DNA of 64,000 nucleotides from Pocillopora damicornis (Eukaryota): NCBI RefSeq assembly GCF_003704095.1, contig NW_020845831.1, positions 62,001 to 126,000 of the forward strand, read 5' to 3'. Shown piece by piece: positions 51,054 to 64,000 of this stretch (position 1 is its first letter; each line of letters starts with the position of its first letter). The notes under the pieces were generated by a model. It saw only the letters and a program-made list of their open reading frames with translations, ran no database searches and was not told where the DNA came from. The position numbers and the translations under genes were made by a program.

Positions 51054-53931
51054 GTGAGCTCCTTATTGTTGTTTATTTCACGCACTTGAGATGTACTATC
51101 TTTCCAAATGACTACATTTGCACTTTTCTTATCGTATGAAAATCCTACCAATTGTAATTTCCATCGTATTTTAACAAAAGAAAAACACCATTTTTAATGA
51201 AGTTCAAGCTTACCGATAACCTGCTGCGTGAACAGTGCAAAACCTTTGGCGGATACTGGCATGTACACAAGCTCGAAGAGGCCATGTATTCTCTTAACCT
51301 AGGTTTCCGAAAATCCATCCCATGAGCCATCAATTTCCCCTGCCCTAAAGAAACTAAAAGTATCAACAGCAGCAATGTCATTGTGATAACAACGCTTCAA
51401 CGAGATAAATAAAGAAGCACAAATTTTATCGGATTAGATGATTGCGAATCCAAGTGTTGTGTGAAAGTCGATGCGTACGAAATATTCAGTTATAATACTG
51501 ATGTCAGTTATTTCCTTTGAGCGGAATGGGTCATATACGGCAACGCTGCACTTAAACTAAAGAAAAGTCTCTCTATTAAAATCCCCATATGAAATTAACT
51601 CGAATCAGATGGCTAAGCACTCACTCGTTTTCCGTTCGGTTTGACCGGCTCGACGATCGCGACGACCTGCTCTTGCAATCTGTGAGGAAAGGAACAACTT
51701 GCAGTGAAGCTGCCTGATGACTCCTCAGTGAAAAATCATCGTGCCCCGTGATACAGCCGATTTTTTTGTCAAAAGTTAGCCGATTCGGTTTACTAGGGAA
51801 ATTTCTCTACAGCGACAAAACTTCAGAGCACTGACCGAGGGGAACTTTGGCCACACATATTGCTAAGGAATAAAATGTTATGGCAACAGAAGCGAACATT
51901 CTTAATTCGCCATAGAAAAAAAAAAAAAAAACCACAAATGCAGCAAACTAAACATTCAGTAAAGGGAATTTTTTGTCCTTATCTTGACCTAAAAACTGCA
52001 GGCGAAAAACCGTCTTTGTCAGACTTCGTCGAAATCTTCGTTTGATGCACGCAGTTCTGCTTCTTAGGGCTGAACCGTACTCGTAACTTCCATTTCTTCT
52101 CTAGCACTTGAGTACGATATATTACAACCCTCGGTAGAGCTTGCTGAAGGTAGGTACAAAATACAAGAGATGGAGAGATTTGTAGGTGTCAACTGAGAGT
52201 TTTCAGAGTTTTCTGCGTCATCACCCGCTAATTCGTTACCAGTTCACGGGACACTTTAAAGACAAAATAAGAGCACTTTTAGGCCCGAAAACCGACTTTT
52301 TTCTTCTATCGGAATTGATTTGTACATATGATGGGCAAAATATTTACTGGCAACTTAAATGGCTACTTACTTAAATTGCGTCGTATTGAAAAAATGGTGC
52401 CTCAAATTTTGTTTCCCTGGGTGACTCCGGTGAATTTCGAAGCTGTTCAAAAAGCTTTCGATATTGCTCGATACTATCACATTTCCTCCTAAAATTTGGT
52501 TAATATGGTATCAAAGCAATGCCCAATCATTCCTTAAAATACAGCTATCTTCTTTTTGTTTTTGTTCTTAAACGGTTAAAAAAACAACTTTTCAGGCTTC
52601 AAGAAACAGCCTTAATTTTCAAGTTTCTCAAGCAAAACGTTCAGCGAAAACCAGGTAAAACCACGTAGAAGCCAGGCAGAAACCAGGTAAATTTCGATAA
52701 CCAAAAGACAATTTTCCTTTGATAAAATTTTTTTTCTCTTCTGTTGTTTTATTGGGTCTGGTTTTAAAACAACACTCAGACTCCTTTAACTAATGATGAT
52801 CTGTTTTGTTCACTTTGCGAACATTCTAATTTATTCCAAGGCAAGCGAAACATTCTGAGCGGGATTAAAATAGAATTGAATTACTCTTGGTATACATTTA
52901 ATTAAACTACTTCGATAGCTCTGAAACCACTTTTAAAAATGTCTCTTCCGTACAACATTTTCCTGATTTTATGAGCAAATAAACAGACTACCCTCTCTCA
53001 TAGTTAACCTTTGATTTAAGTTCGAAGTTTATTTAATGCAGTTCAGTATGAATACCTCAAATGAAATCAAAATTTCAGGCGAAAAGGCAGACCTATGTTA
53101 AAGAAATGAAAAAGAATATAAAAGAAAATACAGAGCAAGATAAACAAGATTCGCTTTTAAATGAACTGGACGGTAGAACTCAACCTTGTTGAATAGCAGA
53201 AGTGTAAGTGGGGTGTCAGAATTTGCCATCATAAAATTAATTGTGAGGAAATTAGAATGATAAGCCCAGATGAAATTGTATGATATTTACTGAACCATTT
53301 CTAAGCCCATCTTCCGTTTGCGACTTACAATACACAGGTTTTTTTTCATCATTCCCAAACAAGATGATTCCAGGTAGAAACGTTTGAACAAACCTTTCCA
53401 TCGGAAATCGACCATTATTTCATAATAGCGCAAAACAAAGTGTTTTTAACTCTAGCCACCTGATTAATCCTTTAGAATCAAATGCTCTTTGTATTCGAAG
53501 TTATAACTTATGGCATGTATATATATATAATTATTCAAAACAACTGCCTGTGAATAATTTTTGCTAACACTGCTAATTGAAACAAGAAAGAAATAGGTAT
53601 TATTGAAAAAGGCAGCTTAGCCACCTGTGTAATCCATGTAGGTTAAGACAAATAATGGGTACTTTAACTCACATATTTTAATGAAAAATAGCTGAAAACA
53701 ATTTGCATGTAAAGAGAACCTGGCGATAGCGCAAATTAAAAGTGAAAAGGTTTGGATGTCATTAGTTAAACATCTTCTCCACCTGAATCATCGATAGGGT
53801 AAGATCTTAAAGACCGTTACGAAAGTTAAAAGAAGTAATGTTTGCACAGGATTTCCAAGCGAGAAACACCATCAAAGATAATATAGTCTATAAAACAAGG
53901 ACCAATCTCAAATAGATATCATTCAGCCAGC

Positions 53932-56900
53932 ATGAATCTCTGGATCGGAGCTGCACTTTTGTTGCTTGGAGTTTCGCATTCTAAAGGTATTAATCAGACC
54001 CGCATATGATCACTAAATACTCAGTCTTTCGAAGTCTTTTCGATTATGCGACCCAAACGGTACTTATCTCAAACAAGTTTCCCATCGAAAGCTCATATAT
54101 AAGCGTTGATATATACCACAAATTGGTTGCTGTGTTTTGAGGCAAATATCTAGGGTTACACATCATGATAATCACTACGCATTAGTGCTTGCCTTCTTGA
54201 ATGATTAGTCAGATTGCATTAACCAACATGGCTGAATCTCTACCTCTCATCTAGTAATATCACCATAAAATTAAAAGCCTTCTTCATTGTGTAGGTTGTG
54301 GAGTTAAACCATATACGGCTAGAGTCGTTAATGGGGAAAATGCCTCTCCACACTCTTGGCCCTGGCAGATTTCACTCAGAGTAAATGGACGTCACATATG
54401 TGGAGGATCTCTCATAGACAAGGACTGGGTCGTCACTGCCGCCCATTGTGTCGATAGGAACCCGAATCCAAGTGGATACACTGTAGTCGTGGGTAAGTCT
54501 GCGTAAACTAGTTTCCCAATTGCTGGATTACAATGTGTAAATCAGAAATTAAAGAGAATACGTACTACAGTTGAAGAGAAAAGGGGAACTAAGCAAGCCG
54601 CAAATTGAACAGAAGAAGAAAAAGAGTTTTCGCGATGTTTTGCCTACTTAAGGAATGAAATTAAAAGAAAACGAAAACTGGAGAATTTATATCTGATTTA
54701 TATGTTTCTGTTGTTACCATCCCAGCTTTTTGGCAATATAGATCTCAATATCTCAGTTTTACTTGAAATAATCAGTTGCTTTTGGATACATTTTTTGCTA
54801 AACTTTTTCAATTTAAAATTGCTCTGTCAGGTGCTCATAGTCGGCTTGGATCCACAACAGTACAGCGGACCCATCGCTTGAAGAAATTATTCAAACATGA
54901 AGGATACAGTGGGAGACATCTGCGAAATGATATTGCACTTCTTCAGCTTGAAAGGCCCATAACAGCCAGCTCTAAAGTCAATACGGTGTGTCTACCAGAG
55001 TCTAGGAGCCGCATTCCAGCAGGAACACAATGCTATATTACTGGTAATTGAGATCTGCGTGTAGCACTCATTTTCAGCTATACTACCAAACCTGGTGTGT
55101 TTAAATTCAATCGTATCATACCAAAGAAACTGTAGAAATTTTCCTTGTCAGCTCGAAGTTATCTAGAAGTAACATGTTAGAGGGTATTGATTAAAATTGT
55201 CACTAAATGAAACACTACAATCAGAATATTTACAGCAATATGATCGTTTACGTTTGTAGGCTGGGGAAGAACTGTTGGAGGTGGAAGTGCAGCGAACATT
55301 CTCCAGCAGGCTCGACTGCCTGTTGCTTCGCACAGTGATTGCAGCAGAATCAACGGACGTTTGCTTCCTGTTGATGATACCTCAATGATATGTGCCGGAG
55401 GTCAAGGAAAAGGAGGATGTCAGGTAATTAAATAATCCCTTTGATTGAACAAAAACCACCGAGCCTCTTCGTTACATGTCAACTCTGAAGCCCAGTGCCA
55501 AACTTGCAGTCTACATTTAAAACCTGAGATAAACAACATGGATAGATTTGCTCTAATTGCAACTCCACACATAATCTTTTGATCTTCTCTCTCTGGAACA
55601 TCACACCTACTTCACAAGAGGTTTACAACATGATTGATACCATCGCAAAATCAATCTTCGTTGATCAATTTTCAACTTTGGTGGTGTTGGTGAAATGCGC
55701 AGTAACAGGTATAATAAAGGCATCCTTTGCACGTAAATTGGCGCAATTTACCCCTGCTGGCCTTACGAGCTTGTCCGTGCACTATCTATACAAGCACGGT
55801 GGGTTCTTCATTTTAATGCACTTGACTGCTCCGAAACACTTCCACCAGTAAAACATCTTTAAGCTTTTCTTATTGCTCCTACTGGGTCGAATCATACCGT
55901 AAAGCGCCGAGCTGCCTGCGGGAGGTTGAGTAGTCAAACCCCAGACCGGACCAATTGTCAGGGTCTTAGAATAACCGAGGAGAATTTGTCGCCTTTGTTA
56001 CAACATCCGTAACTGGATAGACATTGTAGTCTTCACGGATAAGGACGATAAATTTAACATTTGGCCCTGTCTCCTGCATCTTCTCTACACTAGTTAGCAG
56101 GAAACGTTAGAGTGGGACCTATGCACTTCTTGCAAAGAGTAGGGAATTTAGCTCCCCGTGTTGTGTTTGGCCTTGTTATTATTTATACAGGCCCCAATTT
56201 AAACCAAAGCTCAAAGCTGGAGTGGGCCCACCCGTCAAAATTTCGCAACTAAGTGAATAAACACATATTAAATAAACAGTGGATTCCATTGACACCGAAA
56301 AAACACAACATATATAGATTTTCGTTTTAACATATGATTTACTATAGGGCGACAGTGGTGGACCTTTTGTTTGCGCAGAGAAAGGGAGATGGGTGTTGCG
56401 TGGCGCTGTTAGCTGGGGTCACAGGATGTGCAGAACAGATCACTACACTGTGTTCGCTCGTCTGAGTAGCTTCATTGAATGGATCAACAGGAAGAAGTCA
56501 GGTAATTTCATGGCTTTAGTGGGGAGAGAGCCACACATAATCTTAAGGCGTCTAACAAGCGAACATGATATTTTGCATCTGAAAAAAATCATATAGTTTG
56601 CAGTCTTGGTATGAAAGAGAGAGGGGAAAATAAATTGACCAAGGTCGTGTGGAAAAGCAATGTCCTCACATTTAACTATCAAACTGTTTAACTCTTTGAA
56701 AATGCTATAGTCTATAAGGATTATAAGTGAGAGTTGAGTTACTTGCTATGGTAAAATCTATATATTCTACCCGAAAAAGCAATATTTTACCTTACCTGTA
56801 TATGCTGGGGGTCTTATAATTCCATTTCATAGAAGTAATATCATACGGGATTTAAACCCCGTACTGAAATATGTTCAGAGAATAAGACGTTGAACTAAGG

Positions 56901-57918
56901 TTATCTCTAAGAGGAACCCACAAAGCTTCCCCAAATTGGATCACTTTCCCTTTCTGTATTCTCCAAAGTAACCTAACACAGACTTTATTAACTATCACCT
57001 ATTCAGTTGATTGATGGCGCTAACATTGTTATGATTTGTTAACTTCTTTAAGGTACCAGTGGAGGGGGCAGTGTTAGTAAGTAAACTTCAAATTATAATG
57101 TGTACATCGGTCAGTATGATACATGGAATAGAAATTGTGCGACAAACTCATGTGATTAATTATTAGAGTGTTTTATAAATTCTTAGAAATTCAGGCCAGC
57201 AGAATTACTTTATTGGATACGATTTAATATACGCTGTGACACGTTAATGCAAAACATAGTCTTGTGGTGCTTGTGAAAATGGAGCTTTTAAAATTAACGT
57301 GGCACACACAAATCATATGTTTTATTGGTAAAGCCAATTTAAATGTTAAGATGGAAGAAAAACTCTCGCAGGGGGGCATGATGATGTTCGTTTTTATTAT
57401 TCTTGTCATTATTATTATCATTATCATTATTCCTATAATTATCATCGCTGCTTTTATTATCTTTATAACTTTTACTGAATTAAATTAATTAACAATCATT
57501 CACCTCAGTAAAGGTGAATAGTGGTGGATATTTACCGAACCGCAAAACAGGGAGTTAAATGTCCATCACTATCATTAATATTGAGGTTACTAATTGTTTT
57601 AGAATACACCAAACACAAAGCAATGTATTAGATTTTATCTGTCAATATACCGAAAAATGGTCAGGGGTTCTACTCAAAGACCGATTTTGTCTCTTTGGTG
57701 GCTCGAAGGTGAATAATACTTTTTAATCACTGTCAAACTGACGAATCAAGGTGCGCGAAAAATTAAGCCCTTTTTACCTGCGTGGCATATACTAATTAAT
57801 GTAATTTTTGTGACTAGGTTGTGTCGATGGGCACAGTTACTGCCCGCATTGGACTAAGTACTGCTCATGGCATTCGTGGGTAAAGGCAACTTGCAAGAAG
57901 ACATGTAAACGTTGCTAA
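53932..57918 (+). CDS. Gene J: secreted S1A serine protease, short linker, one ShKT
   Basis: Exons 53932-53986, 54295-54492, 54831-55043, 55260-55423, 56348-56501, 57053-57076 (GTSGGGSV), 57818-57918 ([33 protein letters not shown]). 3'UTR exon from about 58370. Confidence 0.93.
55895..56180 (+). mobile_element. Diverged tRNA-headed SINE (resembles Nin-domain SINEs) in intron of gene J
   Basis: Decayed B-box region followed by CCGGACCAA..CAGGGTCTTA..GGATAAGGACGATAAA..AAAGAGTAGGG, recalled from cnidarian SINE cores. Absent from the matching introns of I and K. Confidence 0.5.
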
Positions 57919-60900
57919 ATTCAGGTATCTGCATATCAACGAAACCAATTGTGTTTTTGTCGAAAGTATGGTTTGTTCGTAACTTTAGTTCGTAACACGA
58001 AAAAATAGTAAAAACATCGAAAGAAAAACTTTAGTTCTTGTTTATGAAATGAGGAGCTTCCGTCACAAGGAATCCCTGATAACCATACGTTTAGCGTGAT
58101 CTGTGTTTATTTTATTCGAAAGTAGACTTGTTCCATTTAAAAATAAATCTGCAAAAAATATTATCGAGGGAAGGAGTATAGAAGGAAGAGAAAATAAATT
58201 CATGTTATATTCTCTTGATAGAAGTAAATACAAGACTACACGTACATTGGCATTGATAAACATCAAAGTCTTTATCCGCAAGTGAACAATTATTAAATAT
58301 TATCGTTTAATTTAATCAAAGGACACTCTTGATTCGTAATATCTTTGTATTTTTTTCTGTATTTCACAGCGAAAAAGAGCAGCAAGATTTGAAGTGAACT
58401 CTTAAAGGCAAAGCTCCCACTTAAGTATTTGGTAAAGAGCAAATTAAAGCATTTTAAACAGCAAACTACATAGTGTCCAATTTATTGCAATGAATCTACT
58501 TGTAAAGTACGAGAAATGAGCAACGTATCCTGTGCTTCAGAACCTTTTTAATGCATGTACCGGAAAGCGGGTCATTTAGAAAATGAATGGGGACATGGTC
58601 ACCGCCAGTGACATAAACACTTCCCTAAATTCTTAAGCATGCGCATAACATTCATGCGTCTTGAAGACAAAAGAGAAAACCTTATCTCTTTCTTCTTTTG
58701 TACAAGGTCTCAGGGAAATTTTGAGGTTTTCACAAAATGAAAGAAGAAGCTCACGGATAATGTCAATTTCAGGTGGCAAATCACGCCTCACACTGGTGCA
58801 TAAGAATTCACGAACCATGTGACGTTCCCCTTTCTGTAAAATTCACGCATCATAATTAATGTTGGCCTTAATCAGTCACGCAACACGTCTTAAAAGCTCT
58901 GTCACCCTCAAATATAATGCAGTGAGCAGCGATGTCGCCATTTTCAATTACCTTGGTTCAGTGGGCAATAGACCTCTCTAGCTTTAACTCGTAAGATACT
59001 TTTTCTCTTTTGGTGAAAAATTTATTTCTTTCCCAAAAATTTTTGCCGAACTGGTTTTGAAAAAAGGACTTAGATTCCTTTAATTGAGGCTTTATCTGCA
59101 GTTTTTCTCGCTTTGCGAACATTCTAATTCATACAAACGCTGGCCAAACATTCGGAAGGGGATTAAAGTAAAACTGAATCACCCTGGCTGGTTGTATATG
59201 CATTAAAACAATTCGATAATCATCAAATCACATTTTATAAAATGCTTCCAAAATGCTTTGATTTAAATTTGAAGCTGATTCAAAGCAATTCAGTATAAAT
59301 AGCTCAATTGACATCGAGATTTCAAACGAAAAGCTTGAACTTTGAAAAGATAAGATTATACTTTTAAAGAACAAGAGGAAGAAAGGTAGAATCGCTCTTT
59401 GATGAAGCACGTGATCGAAACTCGAAAGACCAGGGTTTCGTCGAAATGAATTAGGTCTCAGTAATCGGATCCCTGTGTTCACGCAAAGATTCCCGGGATC
59501 GGCACGAAGCAAATGTTGCAAGTTGCTAAAAGGAAATATATATATGGCGAAAAAATGTTTTGATGTTCGAATAAACGATTTTGGAGATTGGTCATCGCTT
59601 TTTCGCAACTTTTTTATGAGAAGTGGATTTAGGGAAGGATTTATGAGCGTAAGTTTTTGTTTGAATAGCAATGAAATATGTGACAGAACCTACCGAAGGA
59701 TAAACTTTTCTCTACGCACGTATGTGTAACGTAAATTGCTAAGAAATAACTCAATGGAGCCTTTTGGGTTTTATTTGCGTGTATTAAATCTACTTCTACC
59801 TTCTTTTCTTGACTTGGTTTTGCAAAAGAGCGCTACAAAAGTTTCCTCGATCAATGCGGCAGGTGATTGAAATTGTTTCCTTGAGCATGATAATATCAAT
59901 CGTAGTACATTAAAGTGATTAAACACCTACATTGCTTATTTGTTGTGATCGATGACAATGAATCCGCGTTGATAAGCAGTTCAAATCTGGACCATTTCAC
60001 GATTAGTAGGTACAAATGGGTCGCTTAAGGAACGATGCACAACTGAAAATATGTCCACAGTTTATGCCTGCAGAACTTCCCGTGATCTTCCTGTTCCTGA
60101 TGAGATCCTCCAAGGAGTTCAGTTTGAGGAGGAGAGTGGTCGCTCAAAAACCTTTCGATTTTTCTCAAACAAAATATCTCTTGACGTAAGGATTTCTTCA
60201 TTTGCCTCATCACCTATTTCATCCCTACGAAAATCATCCGCTTGGTAAAAAAGATTTCTATTTCCGCTGACAACGCCTTCTTTTCCTAGAGGAAGTATAT
60301 TTTCACACGCCGTAATCTTTTTATTGCTCGGTTAGTTTGCCTCAGGGGTTGATTCAAACCTCCCATCAAAACAATGAAGCACGAAATGCGCCTCCATTGG
60401 GTGTAAACGTTTCTTTTTGGATACATTCTTTCCCTCTTTCCAGAAATTTGTCATCGAAGAATAAAAGAAAATCTGCCCCAGGTGTTCTTTACCTTTGGAT
60501 CATGCGGGAATACTGGGGTTATTTTCGTTCAACCAAATATTTGACTCGCCAGAACAGCTGTTAAAATGATTGTGTTGAAGATCTATTAAAATTTAGACAC
60601 TAAATTCGTTAGTTATTTGTAGATGGTGTCCGTTTAAAAAAAAAAACAGTCGTATCCCTAAAGCCCTATATTTCTAAAGATAAAATGTACTGAAGATACA
60701 TCTTTAGTTATATAGGAATATTGAAATAACTTTTGCCGGTGAGAAAGGTTTTCGAAAATCGTCGATAAAATGCTAAAATAAAAATGACCAGGGTCAACAT
60801 AACGTCCCCAGCGGAAGTGACAAGGAAGGTTGCCTTGAAAAATATCAGCTCTTGAACTGGAAAGATTATCTTAATCCAAAAAATACTTCAAATATGTTTA

Positions 60901-61238
60901 TGAAACCTGTACGGCTGCAAATGTATCATTCTATAGCGGTAAAATTTGGGCAAATTGGGTATGTAGGTTGTATAAATAAAGAATTCTTTGGTTGGCGACT
61001 ATGACGTGCAAGTCAGTGGAACGAATTGTGTCATTGTGGTTTTACTGCTGTGTTTGGTAAGCAATGTTGACTTTTCAGTTATACCTTTACGTCACCTCTT
61101 GAACCAAAAAATGAGAATTTTTGTTCCTGTTTTTCTTTCCCCAGCTGAAAAATACTCTCAGACGTCTGAACAATCAGTGCCAGACTGTATGCCAAAGTTG
61201 TTTTAAAAAAATAGTGTGTATTGTGTGAATAGGTTATC

Positions 61239-61278
61239 CAGGTGAGAAGCAGGTGATGTTACATATTGTCTATAAAAA
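61239..61278 (+). promoter_or_regulatory. Two CAGGTG E-boxes plus TATA box upstream of gene K
   Basis: CAGGTG at 61239 and 61250 (11 bp apart), TATAAAA at 61271, ATG at 61330. Confidence 0.45.
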
Positions 61279-61329
61279 AAAAGAGGTGTCAGCCTCATCT
61301 TGTTACCACATTTAGAGATCCATTCCTTC

Positions 61330-63635
61330 ATGATGAATCTCTGGATCGGAGTTGTGCTGTTGCTGCTTGGCGTACCACATTCTCAAGGTAGTTTTTCTTA
61401 GAAGGTCTTTCAGGTTTACTTTTTTCAGGCTTCCTCAGTTGTATTGACCAGAGGAAAGAAATGACAAATTTAAGAACATTAGGTAAAATTGTATTGCTTG
61501 AACTAGATGTCTTTTAAGTCTCAAACAATTAGATCCAAAAATGAAAACAAACTGAGAATCGCTTTAAAGGTGCTACTCCTCACTGAGTTACTTGAAACTT
61601 TCTTTTGTTTCTGACCAGCCTCTTTTCGTTTTGATTCGCTCTAACAATTTATGAATCTTTAAATTACCATCTGCCTAGATTTTATTTCTCATTCTTGCTC
61701 CTACATGAATAAACCAAGCATAAATGATTTTCAGGATGCGGGCAAAAACCATTTTCGGCGAGAGTTGTGAATGGTGAAAATGCTGCGCCTCACGCTTGGC
61801 CTTGGCAGATTTCACTCAGAGTAAATGGTCGACATATCTGTGGAGGATCACTTATTGAAGATGACTGGGTTGTAACTGCTGCTCATTGCGTGGAAAGGAA
61901 TCCATCGCCGAGTGGCTACACTGTAGTCGTAGGTACGCTTTGGAGACTTGCTCTTCTGCCTGTTTCACGCTAGCTTTCAACATTATGATTGGAAAATTTT
62001 GCTACATCAGCTATTTTAACAATACCTTTGTCAGCACATAGTTTTCCTCTTTGTTGTATAATTTGCACATAGACATCAATCATTGTTCTGTAACTTTTGC
62101 TATTGTTATTGTTTGTTTGTTTGTTTGTTTTTTGCCTGATGCAAGAAGGCTGATAAATTAGCCAACAAACAAGCTTTGTTGTTGTTGTTGTTGTAATTGT
62201 TGTTTCTGTCTGTTTGTTTCTTTATTTGTTTATTTTGATTTTGGTGTTCGGTTTATCTTTAAATATTACTTAGTTGAAAACAATTTAAAGAAGCTCAAAC
62301 AAGCAGTTCATAGATCTATTTGCTCTGAAAGACAAATCAATAGATGGAGTGGATCTTAGTTTCTTTATGCCTATGTCGTAGAGAAAACTGAACTCAACCT
62401 AAGAAATGACTTTTCTGACAGGAGCCCACATAAGAACTGGAACAACCTCCGTGCAGCAGACCTTCAATTTACGGCAACTGTTCAAACATGAAAGTTTCAA
62501 CATGAGAGAGCTCCGTAACGATATAGCTCTTCTACAGCTGAGTGGGCGAGTGAAGCTGAGCGATAAAGTAAATACCGTTTGCATGCCACAGCCAGGAGAC
62601 AAGGTGTCACCTGGATCACGATGTTATATTACAGGTAAAGAAATCGCTAAGTATTTTCTTCTTCTTTTTTTTTTCTATGGCAAAAATGTGAAATGTGTAA
62701 ATTATTATAGAATAATTGAGATGTTATGAGCGCCCTCATCGGTCAAAAGGCTATCGCTTATTGCACCGCCAACACAAAGAAAATAGGAACTTTTCCTTGT
62801 GTTCTTCCAACATCCTGCGTAGGTTATTACCCCGGTAAACTGATAGAGAGTGCGGTCTATTGCTCAGATAAAGCTGAGAAACTGCCTGTTTTATAAGTGA
62901 TATTTGGTATCTTTTTTCAAACTGTATCTGTCGCAGCACTGTGACGCACAATTCTCCTACAAGTGTTCTTGAAAACGTATGCTCACTAAATCTAATTAAT
63001 AACGTTTGAAGGTTGGGGAAGAATGGTTGGAGGTGGACAAGCCGCTTCAACTCTCCAACAGGCTGTGTTGCCGGTCGCCGATCACAAAAGCTGCCAAAGT
63101 GTTAACGGTTATATGGTTAGTGTTGATGAAGACTCCATGGTGTGCGCTGGAGGCGAAGGCAAAGGTGGATGCCAGGTAAATGTATCAAATCAAAATTTAT
63201 ATGGTCATGATTTTGAATCGCGGTTATCTTTTAGGTCTTTAAGATTGATCTTGACCCCTTTCACATGAACAGCAGATAAAGGTCTTTTGATTTACAGATT
63301 CGACTTCCGACGGAGCTTTTTACTCGAAAAGGAATTACACAAACACACGTCGACAATTACCCCCAATTCGTTCACGGGAACAAATTTAAGTGGAAATTTA
63401 TGACTCAGAAGAAAAAGGTTTCATTCTGCCTAGAATTTTCTGAACGATGAGTAATTTCTTTTTTTCTCCCATTCTAACAAGGGAGACAGTGGCGGCCCAT
63501 TTGTTTGCAACGAAGGAGGGCGATGGGTTTTGAGAGGTGCTGTGAGCTGGGGTCATGGAAAGTGCAGGACAGATCATTACACAGTGTTTGCTCGTGTGAG
63601 CAATTTCGTGGATTGGATCAAACAAAAGCAATCAA
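61330..63635 (+). CDS. Gene K: secreted S1A serine protease, 3' exons beyond window end
   Basis: Exons 61330-61387, 61735-61932, 62422-62634, 63012-63175, 63482-63635, ending at a phase-1 donor. Triad intact. TATA at 61271. Confidence 0.92.
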
Positions 63636-64000
63636 GTAAGTTCTTAATTCTCTTACGAAATAGGAATTTCTGGAAAGAGAGAAAAGTTATGCTGCAACGG
63701 GAAGACAATCTCTAGTCTGCGTTCATCTATTCATCTGAGTAGAAGTTTTCAGGTGAAGGCTTTACTTGTGTTACTAATGTAATGTTGATACCACCTAGTT
63801 AAGTTATTGTGGATTCGCAAGCGACAGACACACAATCTTGACGTTCTCAAATGGGTGTGCCACAGATCAACTCTTAAACCTACGCTAAGCGAAAAAGGAT
63901 TAAGGTGTGGCTTTGACTGTAACAAACACTGGAAGAAGAAAGGTTTCCGTTAACAGAGGAAAGACCGTATGCCTTTACTATCACTCTCCTATTTCTTCGT

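Noticed and set aside
55450-55870. Cys-rich minus-strand frame in an intron of J
   Set aside because: Multiple stops and no family I can identify; probably old transposon debris.

Overview
AT-rich, intron-containing eukaryotic DNA, most likely an anthozoan cnidarian such as a stony coral (inferred from gene and repeat content, not proven). Almost the whole window is a tandem cluster of secreted S1A (chymotrypsin/elastase-like) serine protease genes. I reconstructed ten protease loci by hand from GT-AG sites and reading frame, labelled A-G and I-K. A and K are cut by the window edges and D is a pseudogene. They share a modular plan: signal exon / zymogen-His exon / Asp exon / Ser exon(s) / optional Gly-rich linker micro-exon / 0-2 C-terminal ShKT exons. 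The most notable item is absent from the ORF track: gene H (39873-42395). It encodes a signal peptide, a probable acidic propeptide micro-exon with RR/RxxR, and one six-cysteine ShKT domain, with no protease. This is a toxin/neuropeptide-style precursor whose exon layout matches the neighbouring protease-ShKT genes, and it sits directly behind a protease that has no ShKT. Other content includes a minimal hammerhead-ribozyme insertion with a 14-bp TSD, tRNA-derived SINEs, nested TIR elements, a CR1/L2-like LINE 3' fragment, a decayed THAP exon and a 149-N assembly gap. All coordinates come from manual reading; no alignments or database searches were run.
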